Below, one piece after another: positions 10,074-20,637 of a stretch of DNA of 64,000 nucleotides (position 1 is its first letter; every line of letters starts with the position of its first letter). The stretch spans positions 1 through 64,000 of the IMG/VR virus record IMGVR_UViG_3300037067_013617. One strand, written 5' to 3'. This DNA is from a virus (lineage: Duplodnaviria > Caudoviricetes). The translations under genes and the position numbers were made by a program. Below the pieces are notes generated by a model. It did no database searches. It was given only the letters and a program-made list of their open reading frames with translations, and had not been told where the DNA came from.

Positions 10074-10836
10074 CTGTCCCTTCCTCTACCGTTTGAAAAG
10101 TTCCATTAAAATCATGTCCTGATAAAACATCATCGGCATATACAGTATAATTGTTAAATGTATTTAAAAATGTCAAGGAATATTCTGTACCATGTAGAGT
10201 CTTCCCGAAATTAAAATTTGTTAATCCTTTCGTGGTTTTAAATTTAAAATTCTGGATTTTGGAATTATCTCCGGCGAAGCCTACCTGAATAGATGCCAGC
10301 ATAGCGTCTATTAAATTTCCGAGTAAAATATCAATATCTGGATGCTCTGACCAACTGGAAATATTTATTTCTTCATTTTTATGCCATTCATTTCGCTGTA
10401 CTCTTAATCCGCCTGCTTTAGCTTTTTTATATTCTCCCATAATTAATTCAATTTGTTTTTTTGTGATCAGTACATCTTCCTGTATCTCGCGGATCGTTTT
10501 CATGTAGAATTCTTTTAAAATATCAATAAACTCACTGTCTACGACTTCAGGAATATACGATTGTCCCAGGGTAAAACCATCATCGGTCAATGCTCCGGGA
10601 GTGACAGAAATTGCAGGTAATATTCCGGATGCAAGAGGTGCTTCATTTCTATCGGGATTTAATTGAGATGTAAGCAAAGCTACCAATGGATGCTGCTTCG
10701 TAACAGATATTTTTTCTATTACATTATTAGTTAATCCGGCTATATCGCGATAGTCCAATTCAGTTTCAATTTGAGTTATAAAATATTCAATGGAATGAAT
10801 TTGATAATCGCTATATTTTGTTATTATTCTTGCCAT
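10063..10836 (-). CDS. Tail completion/terminator-like protein
   Basis: LPAISV motif and position just upstream of sheath. Confidence 0.55.
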   Translation of the reverse strand: MARIITKYSDYQIHSIEYFITQIETELDYRDIAGLTNNVIEKISVTKQHPLVALLTSQLNPDRNEAPLASGILPAISVTPGALTDDGFTLGQSYIPEVVDSEFIDILKEFYMKTIREIQEDVLITKKQIELIMGEYKKAKAGGLRVQRNEWHKNEEINISSWSEHPDIDILLGNLIDAMLASIQVGFAGDNSKIQNFKFKTTKGLTNFNFGKTLHGTEYSLTFLNTFNNYTVYADDVLSGHDFNGTFQTVEEGTDET

Positions 10837-10841
10837 AATTT

Positions 10842-12005
10842 TTATGCGAGTAATTTCGCAACATCATCCTTTGTGGTTTTTGACCAACTTTTACCTAAAA
10901 CAATAATCGGATATTGTTTATTCTCCGCGGAATTTGGCTGAGGCGCATCTTCGAAAATAATATATGATGGTTTATATCCGTACCTGACTGATATCCATTT
11001 TCCAACATCCGGTTTATTTCCTATCCATTTTATGTAACGGCCATACAGGATAAAATCAGTATCAATAGAATATATATTTCCGGATTCGTCAAGAATAGTA
11101 TCATTTAATGAAAAAATTTCTATTTCATGCAATCTATCCAAATCTTTTAAATGTTTTAACTGTTCATTTTTATATAATACAATTGCGGGTAAAACTATAA
11201 TATCTCCTCTTGTTAATTCCCAAAATGGATAGAAAGCCATTTTACATTCACCGCTGCTTAAATCATGTGTCCAGACTTCATTAGTATTTCTATTTACGAC
11301 ATCGGTATTGATGACTTTTGTTATGTCCGCATAATAATATTCAATATACATATTATCTGCATCAACTGTATTTTGAGTTGAAATTGTATTTCCTACAACT
11401 TCATAATTTTTTAATTCTTTGCCGGTATCATCATTCCATATCTTAATTACCTGAGCAATATCGGCGTAAGCGCCAAGAGGATTGCTCGATTGATATTGAG
11501 CATCAAATAAAGTTCCGTCGGCATACATCAATTTATTTACGGCATCAACTCGTAATTTTTCTCTGGCAACATATGTCCAACCATCAAAAGTATATGTAAC
11601 TCTTTTTTTTTCATAATTGATTGCATTATGGACTAATCTTATTTCAGCGTCGGAAAAGCTCTGTACTTCCAATTCAGTTATTCCGCCTTGTAATGCACTG
11701 GTAACATTTTGTACTTTTACGACTGAGCGTATTGGATTCCAGTAAGGAGTTATAATTTTTCCGGATATTCTGGATTGTTCGTCTGTGACTAAAAATCTCC
11801 GTTGATAACGATAAGTATAACCATCCCCGTTGCATATTTCACAATCAAATCGTGGGCTGCCATGATTCGAACTTACACACGGGCAGGAAATAGCCTGTTT
11901 AATTTTGCATAACTGGCCATGACTTGAAATTACTTTTTTAAATGATTCAGGATTTCCATAAACCGTTAGAGAACCCTGCTGCCCGATATTTACATTTTGT
12001 CCCAT
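10842..12005 (-). CDS. Neck/head-closure protein
   Basis: CPC...CEICNGDG zinc motif and ISVRY...PSYII near the C-terminus, as in SPO1/Twort-like neck proteins. Confidence 0.7.
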   Translation of the reverse strand: MGQNVNIGQQGSLTVYGNPESFKKVISSHGQLCKIKQAISCPCVSSNHGSPRFDCEICNGDGYTYRYQRRFLVTDEQSRISGKIITPYWNPIRSVVKVQNVTSALQGGITELEVQSFSDAEIRLVHNAINYEKKRVTYTFDGWTYVAREKLRVDAVNKLMYADGTLFDAQYQSSNPLGAYADIAQVIKIWNDDTGKELKNYEVVGNTISTQNTVDADNMYIEYYYADITKVINTDVVNRNTNEVWTHDLSSGECKMAFYPFWELTRGDIIVLPAIVLYKNEQLKHLKDLDRLHEIEIFSLNDTILDESGNIYSIDTDFILYGRYIKWIGNKPDVGKWISVRYGYKPSYIIFEDAPQPNSAENKQYPIIVLGKSWSKTTKDDVAKLLA

Positions 12006-12006
12006 A

Positions 12007-12393
12007 TTATTTTATCGTTCGTATATTTGTGACCGGATCTATTTTATTCAAATATTCATTGACTTGTATTAAAACATTGTCGGGAAGGTCCATGCTTTGA
12101 TACGTCTTCCTGATTTTGAAAATTTGTTCCTGCAACATCTTCCCCTGATTTTCAAATAATTTATTTCTTAATTCTATAATAGTTTGTCCGGATGGTATCA
12201 TCTGTGAATGATTTTGTGCGGATTCATCAACGATAAATCTAATCATTGCCATATAATTGTCAGTCCGTTTATTATCGACAAAATATCGTGAATATTCACC
12301 CTGTTTAAATCCATTTTTTTCAGCATCCGCGAGAGATTCCACTGATTCTATTTTAATTTTATGGATTCCTAATGTATATTCCTGTGTTATCAT
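12007..12393 (-). CDS. Hypothetical protein (likely start MITQEY at 12393)
   Basis: ATGA overlap with the stop of the upstream neck gene. Confidence 0.55.
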   Translation of the reverse strand: MITQEYTLGIHKIKIESVESLADAEKNGFKQGEYSRYFVDNKRTDNYMAMIRFIVDESAQNHSQMIPSGQTIIELRNKLFENQGKMLQEQIFKIRKTYQSMDLPDNVLIQVNEYLNKIDPVTNIRTIK

Positions 12394-13325
12394 CCGCCAA
12401 GCACTCCTATGAAAGTACGGCTGTATTTCGATCTGTTTAACGCGAACCATTCCTTTATTTCTTTCTGATATTGAATAATGCGAGCGCCAAACATAGCATT
12501 TGTCGCAGACATTGTGGTTGAAATACTTTCGGATACGTTATTTAAGCTTACGGAACGGCTGGCAATAGCTGCGGAGCGGCCATCTCCATATATATTCATT
12601 AGTGTGCAGGTTGCTATTTTTTTAATAATATTTCTTAATTCATCAGGAACATCCTGACAATTTTCATAACCGGTTTCATAATCAAGCAAAAATATGCGCT
12701 GTATATCCCTATCGAAAGGCGACCGTAAATAAGTATTCCATAAATATTGAAATTGATTTGTCCGGGCGGTCAGTAATCGAGGTCTAAAATAGCATACTCC
12801 GGTAAATCCTTTTTTGACAATGCGATATGGCATTAAATCCATAATTGTACTGCCGTAATAAGGATCAACAAAATTTGCAGTTAATAAATCGCGTACAGGT
12901 CTGCGGCGTAATTTTACTCTAAATTCTTTTCTTGCTTGTGTTAATCTAAAAGGATATCCTTCCTCTTCGATATAAAGCATTTCTTTTTGTTTTCGATCCA
13001 TTTTAGAAAGATAGGTACTATCATCAAAATCAGTTCGAGTTTCGACTATTCCATCCTGATCTATTCCGGCTGCATATCGAATACGTCGCGGTAAAATATC
13101 GATATTAAGATCAACCTCAAGAAAGCGAATTGCCAGTCTTGCATAATCGAGTAATTGATCATTAGTTATGACCTGACTATCCGTTTCGGCGATAAGAGCA
13201 TTTCCGAACATTTCATCATGCCGCAATTCCTCATGGGATATAAGAAGCCCCCATCGCGGGGCATGGTAATCATTTGTAATATCCGGATTATTAAACGCGA
13301 ATCCTATTCTTGTTTCTTCTGCCAT
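12390..13325 (-). CDS. Head-tail adaptor (neck) protein
   Basis: C-terminal IASRSVSLNNVSESISTTMSATNAMFGARIIQYQKEI closely resembles Twort-like neck proteins; likely start MAEET at 13325. Confidence 0.8.
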   Translation of the reverse strand: MAEETRIGFAFNNPDITNDYHAPRWGLLISHEELRHDEMFGNALIAETDSQVITNDQLLDYARLAIRFLEVDLNIDILPRRIRYAAGIDQDGIVETRTDFDDSTYLSKMDRKQKEMLYIEEEGYPFRLTQARKEFRVKLRRRPVRDLLTANFVDPYYGSTIMDLMPYRIVKKGFTGVCYFRPRLLTARTNQFQYLWNTYLRSPFDRDIQRIFLLDYETGYENCQDVPDELRNIIKKIATCTLMNIYGDGRSAAIASRSVSLNNVSESISTTMSATNAMFGARIIQYQKEIKEWFALNRSKYSRTFIGVLGG

Positions 13326-13407
13326 AATTTTGTCCCATAAAACAAATAATATCATACCTCTTCCGAAGTATGATATTATTTTAAATATTCATGTGTCAGT
13401 TAGTCAA

Positions 13408-13830
13408 TTACTTTTTATAGTAAATATAGACATCGCCTTCATCACTATCACTATTGGTAACAACTTCGATACCATCTTCGCCAACGACTTTGTAAGTCTG
13501 GTCGATTGTAGTAGCTCTGTCAATAGCATCTTCAGTTGCCATATCAATAGCATCGCTTATGTTTGATCCCGCTCCGCCTACTCTTACTCTGGCAGTACCC
13601 GATCCAACTGTAGCTTTAGCCTGGACAACAACATCTATAATTGTAGCGCCGACTGGAATATTAGATGCAGCAACACCGCTTGTTCCGGAAGAACTGGAAT
13701 CGATAGAAACAACTTCTACTCTAAGAGCAGACGATATTTCATTCATTCCCCAATTTTCCTGGAGATATTGCAGAGCACCAAGATTCGGCTGACCGGCGTT
13801 ATCGTCAAAAGCACTTTGATGAACAGTCAT
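13408..13830 (-). CDS. Putative head decoration/virion protein
   Basis: Beta-rich IPVGATIIDVVV...GDVYIYY fold typical of small capsid decoration proteins; downstream of MCP. Confidence 0.55.
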   Translation of the reverse strand: MTVHQSAFDDNAGQPNLGALQYLQENWGMNEISSALRVEVVSIDSSSSGTSGVAASNIPVGATIIDVVVQAKATVGSGTARVRVGGAGSNISDAIDMATEDAIDRATTIDQTYKVVGEDGIEVVTNSDSDEGDVYIYYKK

Positions 13831-13831
13831 T

Positions 13832-14116
13832 TTATTCGGTCTCCTTTATACTTAAAATTTTTTCGATCAATGATAATGAAGTAAAAGGTACTTGTTCGTG
13901 TGCAATAAGATAATCAATCATTTTTCGCATAAGTCCTATTTCTGATTCTTCAAATTCAAAAGCACGTATATTATTATCTTTTACTTCTTTTATATCATCA
14001 ATCTTTACTTTATCGATAATACATTTTGCCAATCTGATGTCATCTAACGATGCACGGATTGGCAAAATGTTCTGAAATTCTAATCTTTCCTGATACGTTA
14101 ATTCAAGATTAATCAC
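13832..14116 (-). CDS. Hypothetical protein
   Basis: Likely GTG start overlapping the upstream TGA (GTGA), with GGAG upstream. Confidence 0.5.
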   Translation of the reverse strand: MINLELTYQERLEFQNILPIRASLDDIRLAKCIIDKVKIDDIKEVKDNNIRAFEFEESEIGLMRKMIDYLIAHEQVPFTSLSLIEKILSIKETE

Positions 14117-14433
14117 GACAACACTCCATTTTTGATGAAGCCTTTCATATATAGAATCGCACCAGTAATCACACACCCATATTTAAGAGCTAATGGTGAA
14201 ATTTGGAAATCGAGAGAAGATAAACCTGTTATTACGGTTGCGCCATCGCCATCTTTGATTGATAAAGTGCCTGAACTGGCTACAATGTTTTCAAGATAAA
14301 ATATACCTTTACTAGCACTTAGATCAAGCGATGCATCTGTCTGATTTGCGATGACAACCTGCCCTCTTAATTTCTCGGCATTACTTATTGGGCCTATCGA
14401 TTGACTGTTTTTAATTCTATATGTCGCTGCCAT
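14113..14433 (-). CDS. Small virion/head-associated protein
   Basis: 106 aa beta-rich ORF immediately after MCP. Confidence 0.5.
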   Translation of the reverse strand: MAATYRIKNSQSIGPISNAEKLRGQVVIANQTDASLDLSASKGIFYLENIVASSGTLSIKDGDGATVITGLSSLDFQISPLALKYGCVITGAILYMKGFIKNGVLS

Positions 14434-14461
14434 GATTTAACCTTTTTTTTATTACATCAAA

Positions 14462-15964
14462 TTATATTGTATTGAAAAGATTCGGATTCGACTGATCAAC
14501 GCCTATATTGCGTATTTCAACCAACACATTCGGCTTATATGGTTTCAACACGCCATAAAGATTGATCAATCCCTGTGTGCCTCTGAAAGTTTTTGCCAGA
14601 TCCGTATTATGAATAGGCAACAACTGACTGAATGCAAGCACTCTGTCCTCACCGGCTGTAGTCTGGTCGATAATATACATACGGGATGTTCCAGGTATGT
14701 ATAGATTTTTATCGGCATATGTTACAGCAGCAAGCGGATTCGTAGAATCAACCTCAACCGTTGTAAGATATCGAAATACGCCGGATCCGGAAACTTGTTC
14801 GGAATATATTTCAAAACATTCCGGAGTCTTCGATCCTGCGTCGCCTGCGGCCGGTGTAATAGTAAGTGTTACGCCACCGCTAGCAGCGATAACGGAAGTG
14901 CTTTCCACTGCCGCGCAAGCTACTGATCTGCCATAAGCATTTCTAGCGCAAACACGATAGCTGTATTTCACAGCCGACGGTCTTACCGTAGCAGCCGCGA
15001 ATAAAGAACCAGTAAGTGTCGCGTTATTTGCGATAGAAAGAGCCGGCATAGACGGAGCTTTATCGCTCGTTGCGCCTTCAACCCATACCTTTGAGGTATT
15101 GTTGTAATATTTCGGAACGCCTTTGCTTTCAAATTCTATACCGAGTATTTTATCCATTCTCGGTACCATTTCGCCGTAAGCAGTCATGATACCACTTATT
15201 TTACCGCCGATTTTAATTCCAGCGTTACCCATTTCGACGATCTTGCGATCACCTGTTGAGGCAGCACCAGCTTCAATGATCTTATGAAGATTCTGCACGC
15301 CGGCCGGAGAAACATATATTTTTGCGTTTTCGGGATGTCCGTTGCCTTCGGTAATGAGCTGTCCAATGAGATTAAAAGTATTCATCGAGACATCTCCGCC
15401 GCGCATATCATAAATCTGATCAGAAGACGAATCAGAAATTATTTTGGCAAGGCCGTCAAAGGATTTTCCTACCCATGTAGAATTTCCTGTGTAGAATGCC
15501 CTGTCAAGATTTCTGAGAAGTCTGTTCATAGCAGAGCGCTGTGAGCGCGTTCTCTGATCTATGATAGTATTTGTGGCTTCAGCAACATCGCCTACTGTCC
15601 AGCCTTCACTCATGTATTTAACGATTGCGATCTGTTTTAAAAAGTCAGGATCACGGAATTCGGGATTTTCAAGCTGTCCCACGAATCCACCGTCATTGAT
15701 ACCAAGTCCTATCTGCTGATCGAATTCTTCAACAGTTGAAAATGCTTTGTTCTTATTTATATCTTGATATAAAGTAAAATCAGTAGCTTTCAATGTTAAA
15801 TCAACCAGCATACCCTCCAATGACTGCATAGTAAGCGACCCACCAGGCGTATTATACAGATCATCGGCACTACCCGGAGCAAGAAGAGCCTTGGCAAGTG
15901 CCTGCACTTGGGTTATCCCTTCCTCTCCATATTGAGATTCAGCTAATAATACATCTTCGTACAT
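14462..15964 (-). CDS. Major capsid protein (SPO1/Twort-like, cleaved after LAKA)
   Basis: QSLEGMLVDLT..DFTLYQDI.K.KAFSTVEEF, FDGLAK and YSYRVCARNAYGRS insertion domain; follows protease and scaffold. Confidence 0.92.
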   Translation of the reverse strand: MYEDVLLAESQYGEEGITQVQALAKALLAPGSADDLYNTPGGSLTMQSLEGMLVDLTLKATDFTLYQDINKNKAFSTVEEFDQQIGLGINDGGFVGQLENPEFRDPDFLKQIAIVKYMSEGWTVGDVAEATNTIIDQRTRSQRSAMNRLLRNLDRAFYTGNSTWVGKSFDGLAKIISDSSSDQIYDMRGGDVSMNTFNLIGQLITEGNGHPENAKIYVSPAGVQNLHKIIEAGAASTGDRKIVEMGNAGIKIGGKISGIMTAYGEMVPRMDKILGIEFESKGVPKYYNNTSKVWVEGATSDKAPSMPALSIANNATLTGSLFAAATVRPSAVKYSYRVCARNAYGRSVACAAVESTSVIAASGGVTLTITPAAGDAGSKTPECFEIYSEQVSGSGVFRYLTTVEVDSTNPLAAVTYADKNLYIPGTSRMYIIDQTTAGEDRVLAFSQLLPIHNTDLAKTFRGTQGLINLYGVLKPYKPNVLVEIRNIGVDQSNPNLFNTI

Positions 15965-15966
15965 GA

Positions 15967-16779
15967 TTATTTAGCCTCCTTTGCTATAAGATCGCGGATG
16001 AATTTTTTATGACTCTTATTTAGAATATTCGGATTCTTTCCGCTTGATTCAAATGCCGAGATAACTGTTCCAGCATCGGAATTGCCTTCTTTTGTAGCCT
16101 TGAAAAGTAACTGGTAAGCCAGTTTAGTTTCTTCAGGCGTAAAAAGTCCGTTCGGATCAACATTCTTATCGGCCTTAGACATATCCGCAACAATTACTCC
16201 TTTCCGGCCTACAGGTTTACCCATAAAGCCCTGAACAAGTGTTGCCTGGTCAATTTGCGCCTTAGCAGCTTTCTGCATAAGCGAGAATGATTTTTCCAGA
16301 TTAGCTGAAATTACTTCGTTCTGACCGACTATCATTTCTAATGCCTTCAGCATTTCCGAGTTGAATTCTCTTTGCGCAGCAAGATATGGACCAAAATCGT
16401 TGAGTTCAATTATTGCACCAGTATCGGTGTCAATATCCTCAAGGGCTTTTTCCATCTTGTCAGCAAAGAGTCCGGCATCTTTCATGCCTTTTTTGACGCT
16501 TGACTTATTTTCTTTCATATAACGAACCATGTGTTTCTTCATGTATTTTTCGTTATAATCGTCATCGTCATCATCAGGTTCTTTGTCTTTTCCGTCCTTA
16601 TCCTTGTCGTCCCCCTTGGCCTTTGATAAAGTCTGATCGGTTTCATCAGACCCATCCAGAGCTTTTTGGAGAGCCAGGAGGGAGTTTTCATCCTGCGGAT
16701 CGGCCTCAAAAGCAGCAATTATTTCATTTGCCACTTCCTCGGAGACACCTTTCTGTAACAATTCGTCTTTTGATAACAT
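15967..16779 (-). CDS. Head scaffolding protein
   Basis: Between protease and MCP; helical and charged; about 8 [LM]xK[AS] motifs; start MLSKDELL at 16779 after AAGGAG. Confidence 0.75.
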   Translation of the reverse strand: MLSKDELLQKGVSEEVANEIIAAFEADPQDENSLLALQKALDGSDETDQTLSKAKGDDKDKDGKDKEPDDDDDDYNEKYMKKHMVRYMKENKSSVKKGMKDAGLFADKMEKALEDIDTDTGAIIELNDFGPYLAAQREFNSEMLKALEMIVGQNEVISANLEKSFSLMQKAAKAQIDQATLVQGFMGKPVGRKGVIVADMSKADKNVDPNGLFTPEETKLAYQLLFKATKEGNSDAGTVISAFESSGKNPNILNKSHKKFIRDLIAKEAK

Positions 16780-16780
16780 G

Positions 16781-17665
16781 TTACTTTGCTCCTTTTTTTG
16801 ATTTAAAATATTTATCGATAAGGCCGAAACTCTTTCGGCCAAAATCTTCTTTTTTTTGTTGTTTAAAATGATCCATATATTCGGCTTTTCTCATCGGAAT
16901 ACGTCTTTCTTTAATACCTATAATAGTATCAATAAGATCAAGGCCGTCCTGATCGGAAAGAGTCAAATTTACAGGCTTTCCTTCAAGTGATTGCCTTGTA
17001 ACGGATCCGCCCGGCGTATTATACATATCCGATACAGACCCCGGCGCCATCAGTGCCTTCATTAAAACCTGTTCCTGTGCGATAACATTATCTTTATTGA
17101 CAGTAAAAGCGTCTATGTTATCAAATTCACAAATTATATCTTTAGCTTTTTGCAATAAGCGGACATTCATGCCGGGTGCTCGGTTCATTACATAAGGAGC
17201 CGGAGCAATAGCTAATTTATTCCATTTTATTTTAGGAATTATTTTATGAGTAGCGCCTTCGGCATCGTGAGTTTCGAGTATCATTTTACTGCCAGCCAGA
17301 GATGCGGCGTAGACAGGTTGATTCGCCTGAAGATGAGGCAACATTTCCTGTACGCGGGGATGTTTCTCCGTAAGTTCTGCGGTTACAACGGGCAATCCTT
17401 TTTCCCAGCGAAAAGCAACCGGTTTTCCTATAATGGCTGCGTTTTGCTCGGCCTTAGTAAGAGATTGACCATCGCTATCATGCCAGAAATCTATAACACC
17501 AATATCTAAAAAATTATTTACTTCGTCAGGAGAAAAAGCTTCTTTGAGAACAGTTTCCTGTTCCTGATCTTCGGTTAAATGATTTGCAATAATGTCAACG
17601 GTGACAATACCGGCTCTTGCTTTTTGGAGATTGGATATTTGAAGACCGTTTATTTGGAAAAGCAC
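16781..17665 (-). CDS. Prohead protease
   Basis: DQEQETVL, IDFWHD (catalytic His) and ASLAG (catalytic Ser region); internal copy of the MCP N-terminus. Confidence 0.85.
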   Translation of the reverse strand: MLFQINGLQISNLQKARAGIVTVDIIANHLTEDQEQETVLKEAFSPDEVNNFLDIGVIDFWHDSDGQSLTKAEQNAAIIGKPVAFRWEKGLPVVTAELTEKHPRVQEMLPHLQANQPVYAASLAGSKMILETHDAEGATHKIIPKIKWNKLAIAPAPYVMNRAPGMNVRLLQKAKDIICEFDNIDAFTVNKDNVIAQEQVLMKALMAPGSVSDMYNTPGGSVTRQSLEGKPVNLTLSDQDGLDLIDTIIGIKERRIPMRKAEYMDHFKQQKKEDFGRKSFGLIDKYFKSKKGAK

Positions 17666-17775
17666 TTTTGTATCAATCCTAAAATTGAAATTGATTACTT
17701 TTCCTTATACAAACGGATTATTTAAGTAGTTAAATATAATGAGAGATAAAGAGAAAGATTTTGTCAAGAAAAAAA

Positions 17776-17997
17776 TTATTTTGCCGTAATTTGATTATCG
17801 ACTAAATCTATCGTAATAACATGTTTACACTGCCTGCACTTAGCCTCGGCTGCCTGATCCATGAAATTAAAATATAGAATTGAAATATTCCGATACAATA
17901 TTTCCTTTTCATTTTTAATTGCAAATACAGAATTGCAATTAGGACACCTGAGCTTGACGCTATTTTTTATTTCTATCCCGTTCGTTATTCCGTACAT
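17776..17997 (-). CDS. Small zinc-ribbon protein (Mu Com-like)
   Basis: LRCPNCNSVF...EAKCRQCKHV. Confidence 0.55.
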   Translation of the reverse strand: MYGITNGIEIKNSVKLRCPNCNSVFAIKNEKEILYRNISILYFNFMDQAAEAKCRQCKHVITIDLVDNQITAK

Positions 17998-20569
17998 CTT
18001 TCTTTTTCCCCTTGGGAGTTATATTTTCACCTATTTTTTCAACCGTTTCTCCCGCGGGTTGTACGGTATTTTTTCCGGATAAGGCATCAGCTAATAGATC
18101 GGCCATCTTTTTTAAAATACCTTTTATTTTTGTTTTCGTATCTCCTGTATCATTCTTATCTTTTTTATTATCTGTTTTTTTTTTGTCAACACCTTTGTCA
18201 TCTTTCTTGTCAGAAACCTTGTCCGAATTCTTACCTGATTTAACCGATTTCCATGTCCCGTCGGCCATCTTCTGCCGCTTCGTCCCATCTTTGTACGTCC
18301 GGACTTCGCCTATCTCAGCTTTTTTTGCTTTTTGAAGATCGGTGAGGAGAAGAGAAAAGGCTTTTTGGAGAGAATTTTGTTTTTCATTAATCAATTCTTC
18401 TATAGCTTTTATTCTTAATATATTATGCTCTGGATTTTCTTTAAATATTTTTAATTTTTCTTTTAATGAACTTATTGCTCTACCTTTATAATCGAAATCT
18501 TCTTTAATTGCATCTATCAATGGTCTTTTCTCGTTAGCTATTTTTAATTGGTCTTCTGATAATATTGTTTTATATTTTTTGTCGTTATTGTTCATTCCAT
18601 TTTGTAACAATTCTTCTATAGCTTTTATTCTTCCTTTTGTTTCTTGTGTTTGAGCCAATTCTTTCTGTATTTTTAAAATTTTTGTTAATTCATTTTTACT
18701 TTTAGTAGAATAAAAATCTTTTAAATGATAACCCTTTTGAAAGGTTTCATCTTTTTTTTCTGTTTCTATTTGTTCTTTTGTTTTCCCCGTCCCGAATCCT
18801 TTATCTGCTTTTTCTTTTTTATATTTATCAAATATTTGTTTTGCCCATTGTGCCGGTGTAGAATCTTTAAATTCTTTTATATCAATAGCCGCCTGTAAAT
18901 GATCTTCCATAATAGATAAATTATTTAATCCACGTTTTCCTCTTGGTTTCGTATCAAGAGATTCTATTAACTTCATAGCAGCTTTTCGTTGTGGCTCAAT
19001 CAATGATTGTCTTTTTCTTAATTCATTTAATGGCAATTTAGATAAAAATTCTATATCAGATTGATGTTGCTGTTCAGTATAAGTTAAAAGATCGTCACTA
19101 TTAACTCCTTTTTTCTTGTTTTCTTCTTTTAACGACATAACGCTTGTTTTGTCGTTGGCTTTTTCTCCCTGTAATTTGGTTATTGCAATTTGAGCGGCAT
19201 TATATACAGAGACAGCTCCGCGCCTTGCCTGTTTTATTTTTCCAGGACCTGCGCCACTATTAGCATTTTGATCTCTTCCTGCATCTTTTTGATATTTTTT
19301 TAAAATTTCTTTTAATACATCAATATTTTTATTTCTACCAATAGCATCAAGAACTCTTTGACCATCTTTTTGGATAGATTCTGGAACAGCTTCTTTAAAA
19401 ACGTTATGTCCTATTATGTCATATATATTTTGTTTTGTTTTTTCATCTAAATCAGCTATCAATTTTTCCTCTTTCTTCCCCTCTCCGCTCATAGATTTTA
19501 TTTTATCGTCAAGAATTTGAATTGCATCTTTGGTGTCTAATTCCTCCATCCACGTTGATCCTTTCAATTTACCAGTTTCAAATTTATTTTTTAAATCTTT
19601 AAGATATGAAATATTATTTAAGGTTTTTAATGCTATTTTAAATCCTTCAGCGCCCTTTAATCCTTCCTTCCCCTTGCTTTCGCCACTCACTATCCCTGCA
19701 ACCTGTTTCATCAAACTTAAATTATAGCTTTTATTATCTTTACCGGGAACGGTCGTCTTTTTATCTCCGGACGGAGACCGTTTGATTTCTCCGGTAGCTT
19801 TATTTTTTGTAATAATTTCTTTCTTCTGAAATTTTTTATCCCATTTATCTTTATTCGATAAATATTCATTTACGTAATCACTGAAGACATCGATGCTTAC
19901 GCCGGATAATTTTTCTTTATTGGTTTGATAAATCTGCTTAATTTTTTCCTGAGCCTGCTTCGTATCTTTAAATCCAAAGAAAGACATAATGCCTGATAAG
20001 ATACTTCCCTTTTTTCCTTGCTCTTCTTTGTACCAATATCTATATCCGCCTTTCCCGTCCGACTCGCGTTTAACGTACTTTGTCATCCGGGCTTTTTCCA
20101 TTTTACCGGATTTTAATTTCTTTTCCATTGCCATAAGTGCCTGATAATAATTCTTAAATTCAGCAAGATGATTCGCAGCAATATGTTTATAAACTTCTTT
20201 CTCCGGAGGCATTTCGTCATGTTTATTATAATAATCACGAATAAAATCAAAAGTTTCTTTATGCTCAGATTCTATTTTAGTACCGAGTTCAAGAGCGGAT
20301 TTGTCCTCTTTCATATATTTTCCGCTTTCGCTTCCCGCGATGGCCAAGGCCTGTTGACGACTTGTAACTATGCCTCCGCTGCCACTATGCAGTTTCCCTG
20401 TCTTGAATTCATGCATTACTGCCTCAAATTTATCGTCCGGATTCTTTAATTTTTTGCGTTTAGCGGCTCCGGCGCCGAGCTTATCCGGATGTTTATATGT
20501 ACTGGAAGGGACTGCTTTATCCATCGGCACGAATACATTGTCGAAGAGTTTAAGGAATAATTTTTTCAT
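17960..20569 (-). CDS. Large multi-module head-associated (putative internal/ejected) protein carrying the KY..R..DGKGG tag
   Basis: DUF6496-like VMHEFKTGKLHSGSG..VTSRQQALAI; DUF5661-like GTKIESEH...IAANHLAEFKNYY; tag MEKARMTKYVKRESDGKGGYRYWY; several LQKA sites. Confidence 0.65.
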   Translation of the reverse strand: MKKLFLKLFDNVFVPMDKAVPSSTYKHPDKLGAGAAKRKKLKNPDDKFEAVMHEFKTGKLHSGSGGIVTSRQQALAIAGSESGKYMKEDKSALELGTKIESEHKETFDFIRDYYNKHDEMPPEKEVYKHIAANHLAEFKNYYQALMAMEKKLKSGKMEKARMTKYVKRESDGKGGYRYWYKEEQGKKGSILSGIMSFFGFKDTKQAQEKIKQIYQTNKEKLSGVSIDVFSDYVNEYLSNKDKWDKKFQKKEIITKNKATGEIKRSPSGDKKTTVPGKDNKSYNLSLMKQVAGIVSGESKGKEGLKGAEGFKIALKTLNNISYLKDLKNKFETGKLKGSTWMEELDTKDAIQILDDKIKSMSGEGKKEEKLIADLDEKTKQNIYDIIGHNVFKEAVPESIQKDGQRVLDAIGRNKNIDVLKEILKKYQKDAGRDQNANSGAGPGKIKQARRGAVSVYNAAQIAITKLQGEKANDKTSVMSLKEENKKKGVNSDDLLTYTEQQHQSDIEFLSKLPLNELRKRQSLIEPQRKAAMKLIESLDTKPRGKRGLNNLSIMEDHLQAAIDIKEFKDSTPAQWAKQIFDKYKKEKADKGFGTGKTKEQIETEKKDETFQKGYHLKDFYSTKSKNELTKILKIQKELAQTQETKGRIKAIEELLQNGMNNNDKKYKTILSEDQLKIANEKRPLIDAIKEDFDYKGRAISSLKEKLKIFKENPEHNILRIKAIEELINEKQNSLQKAFSLLLTDLQKAKKAEIGEVRTYKDGTKRQKMADGTWKSVKSGKNSDKVSDKKDDKGVDKKKTDNKKDKNDTGDTKTKIKGILKKMADLLADALSGKNTVQPAGETVEKIGENITPKGKKKDVRNNERDRNKK

Positions 20570-20585
20570 GAAAGATGCATCCTAA

Positions 20586-20629
20586 AAAATAGTTTAATAT
20601 TCATTTAAAATAGAATATTAAACTATTTT
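20586..20629. promoter_or_regulatory. Perfect 17-bp inverted repeat (operator or hairpin) abutting a minus-strand TTGACA
   Basis: AAAATAGTTTAATATTC-N10-GAATATTAAACTATTTT; TTGACA on the minus strand at 20629-20634. Confidence 0.55.
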
Positions 20630-20637
20630 GTCAAGAA

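Noticed and set aside
1371-16871. Many plus-strand ORFs in the track overlapping tail and head genes (e.g. 1371..1676, 6262..6492, 7051..7386, 16500..16871)
   Set aside because: Antisense shadows of well-supported minus-strand genes; no RBS or motifs
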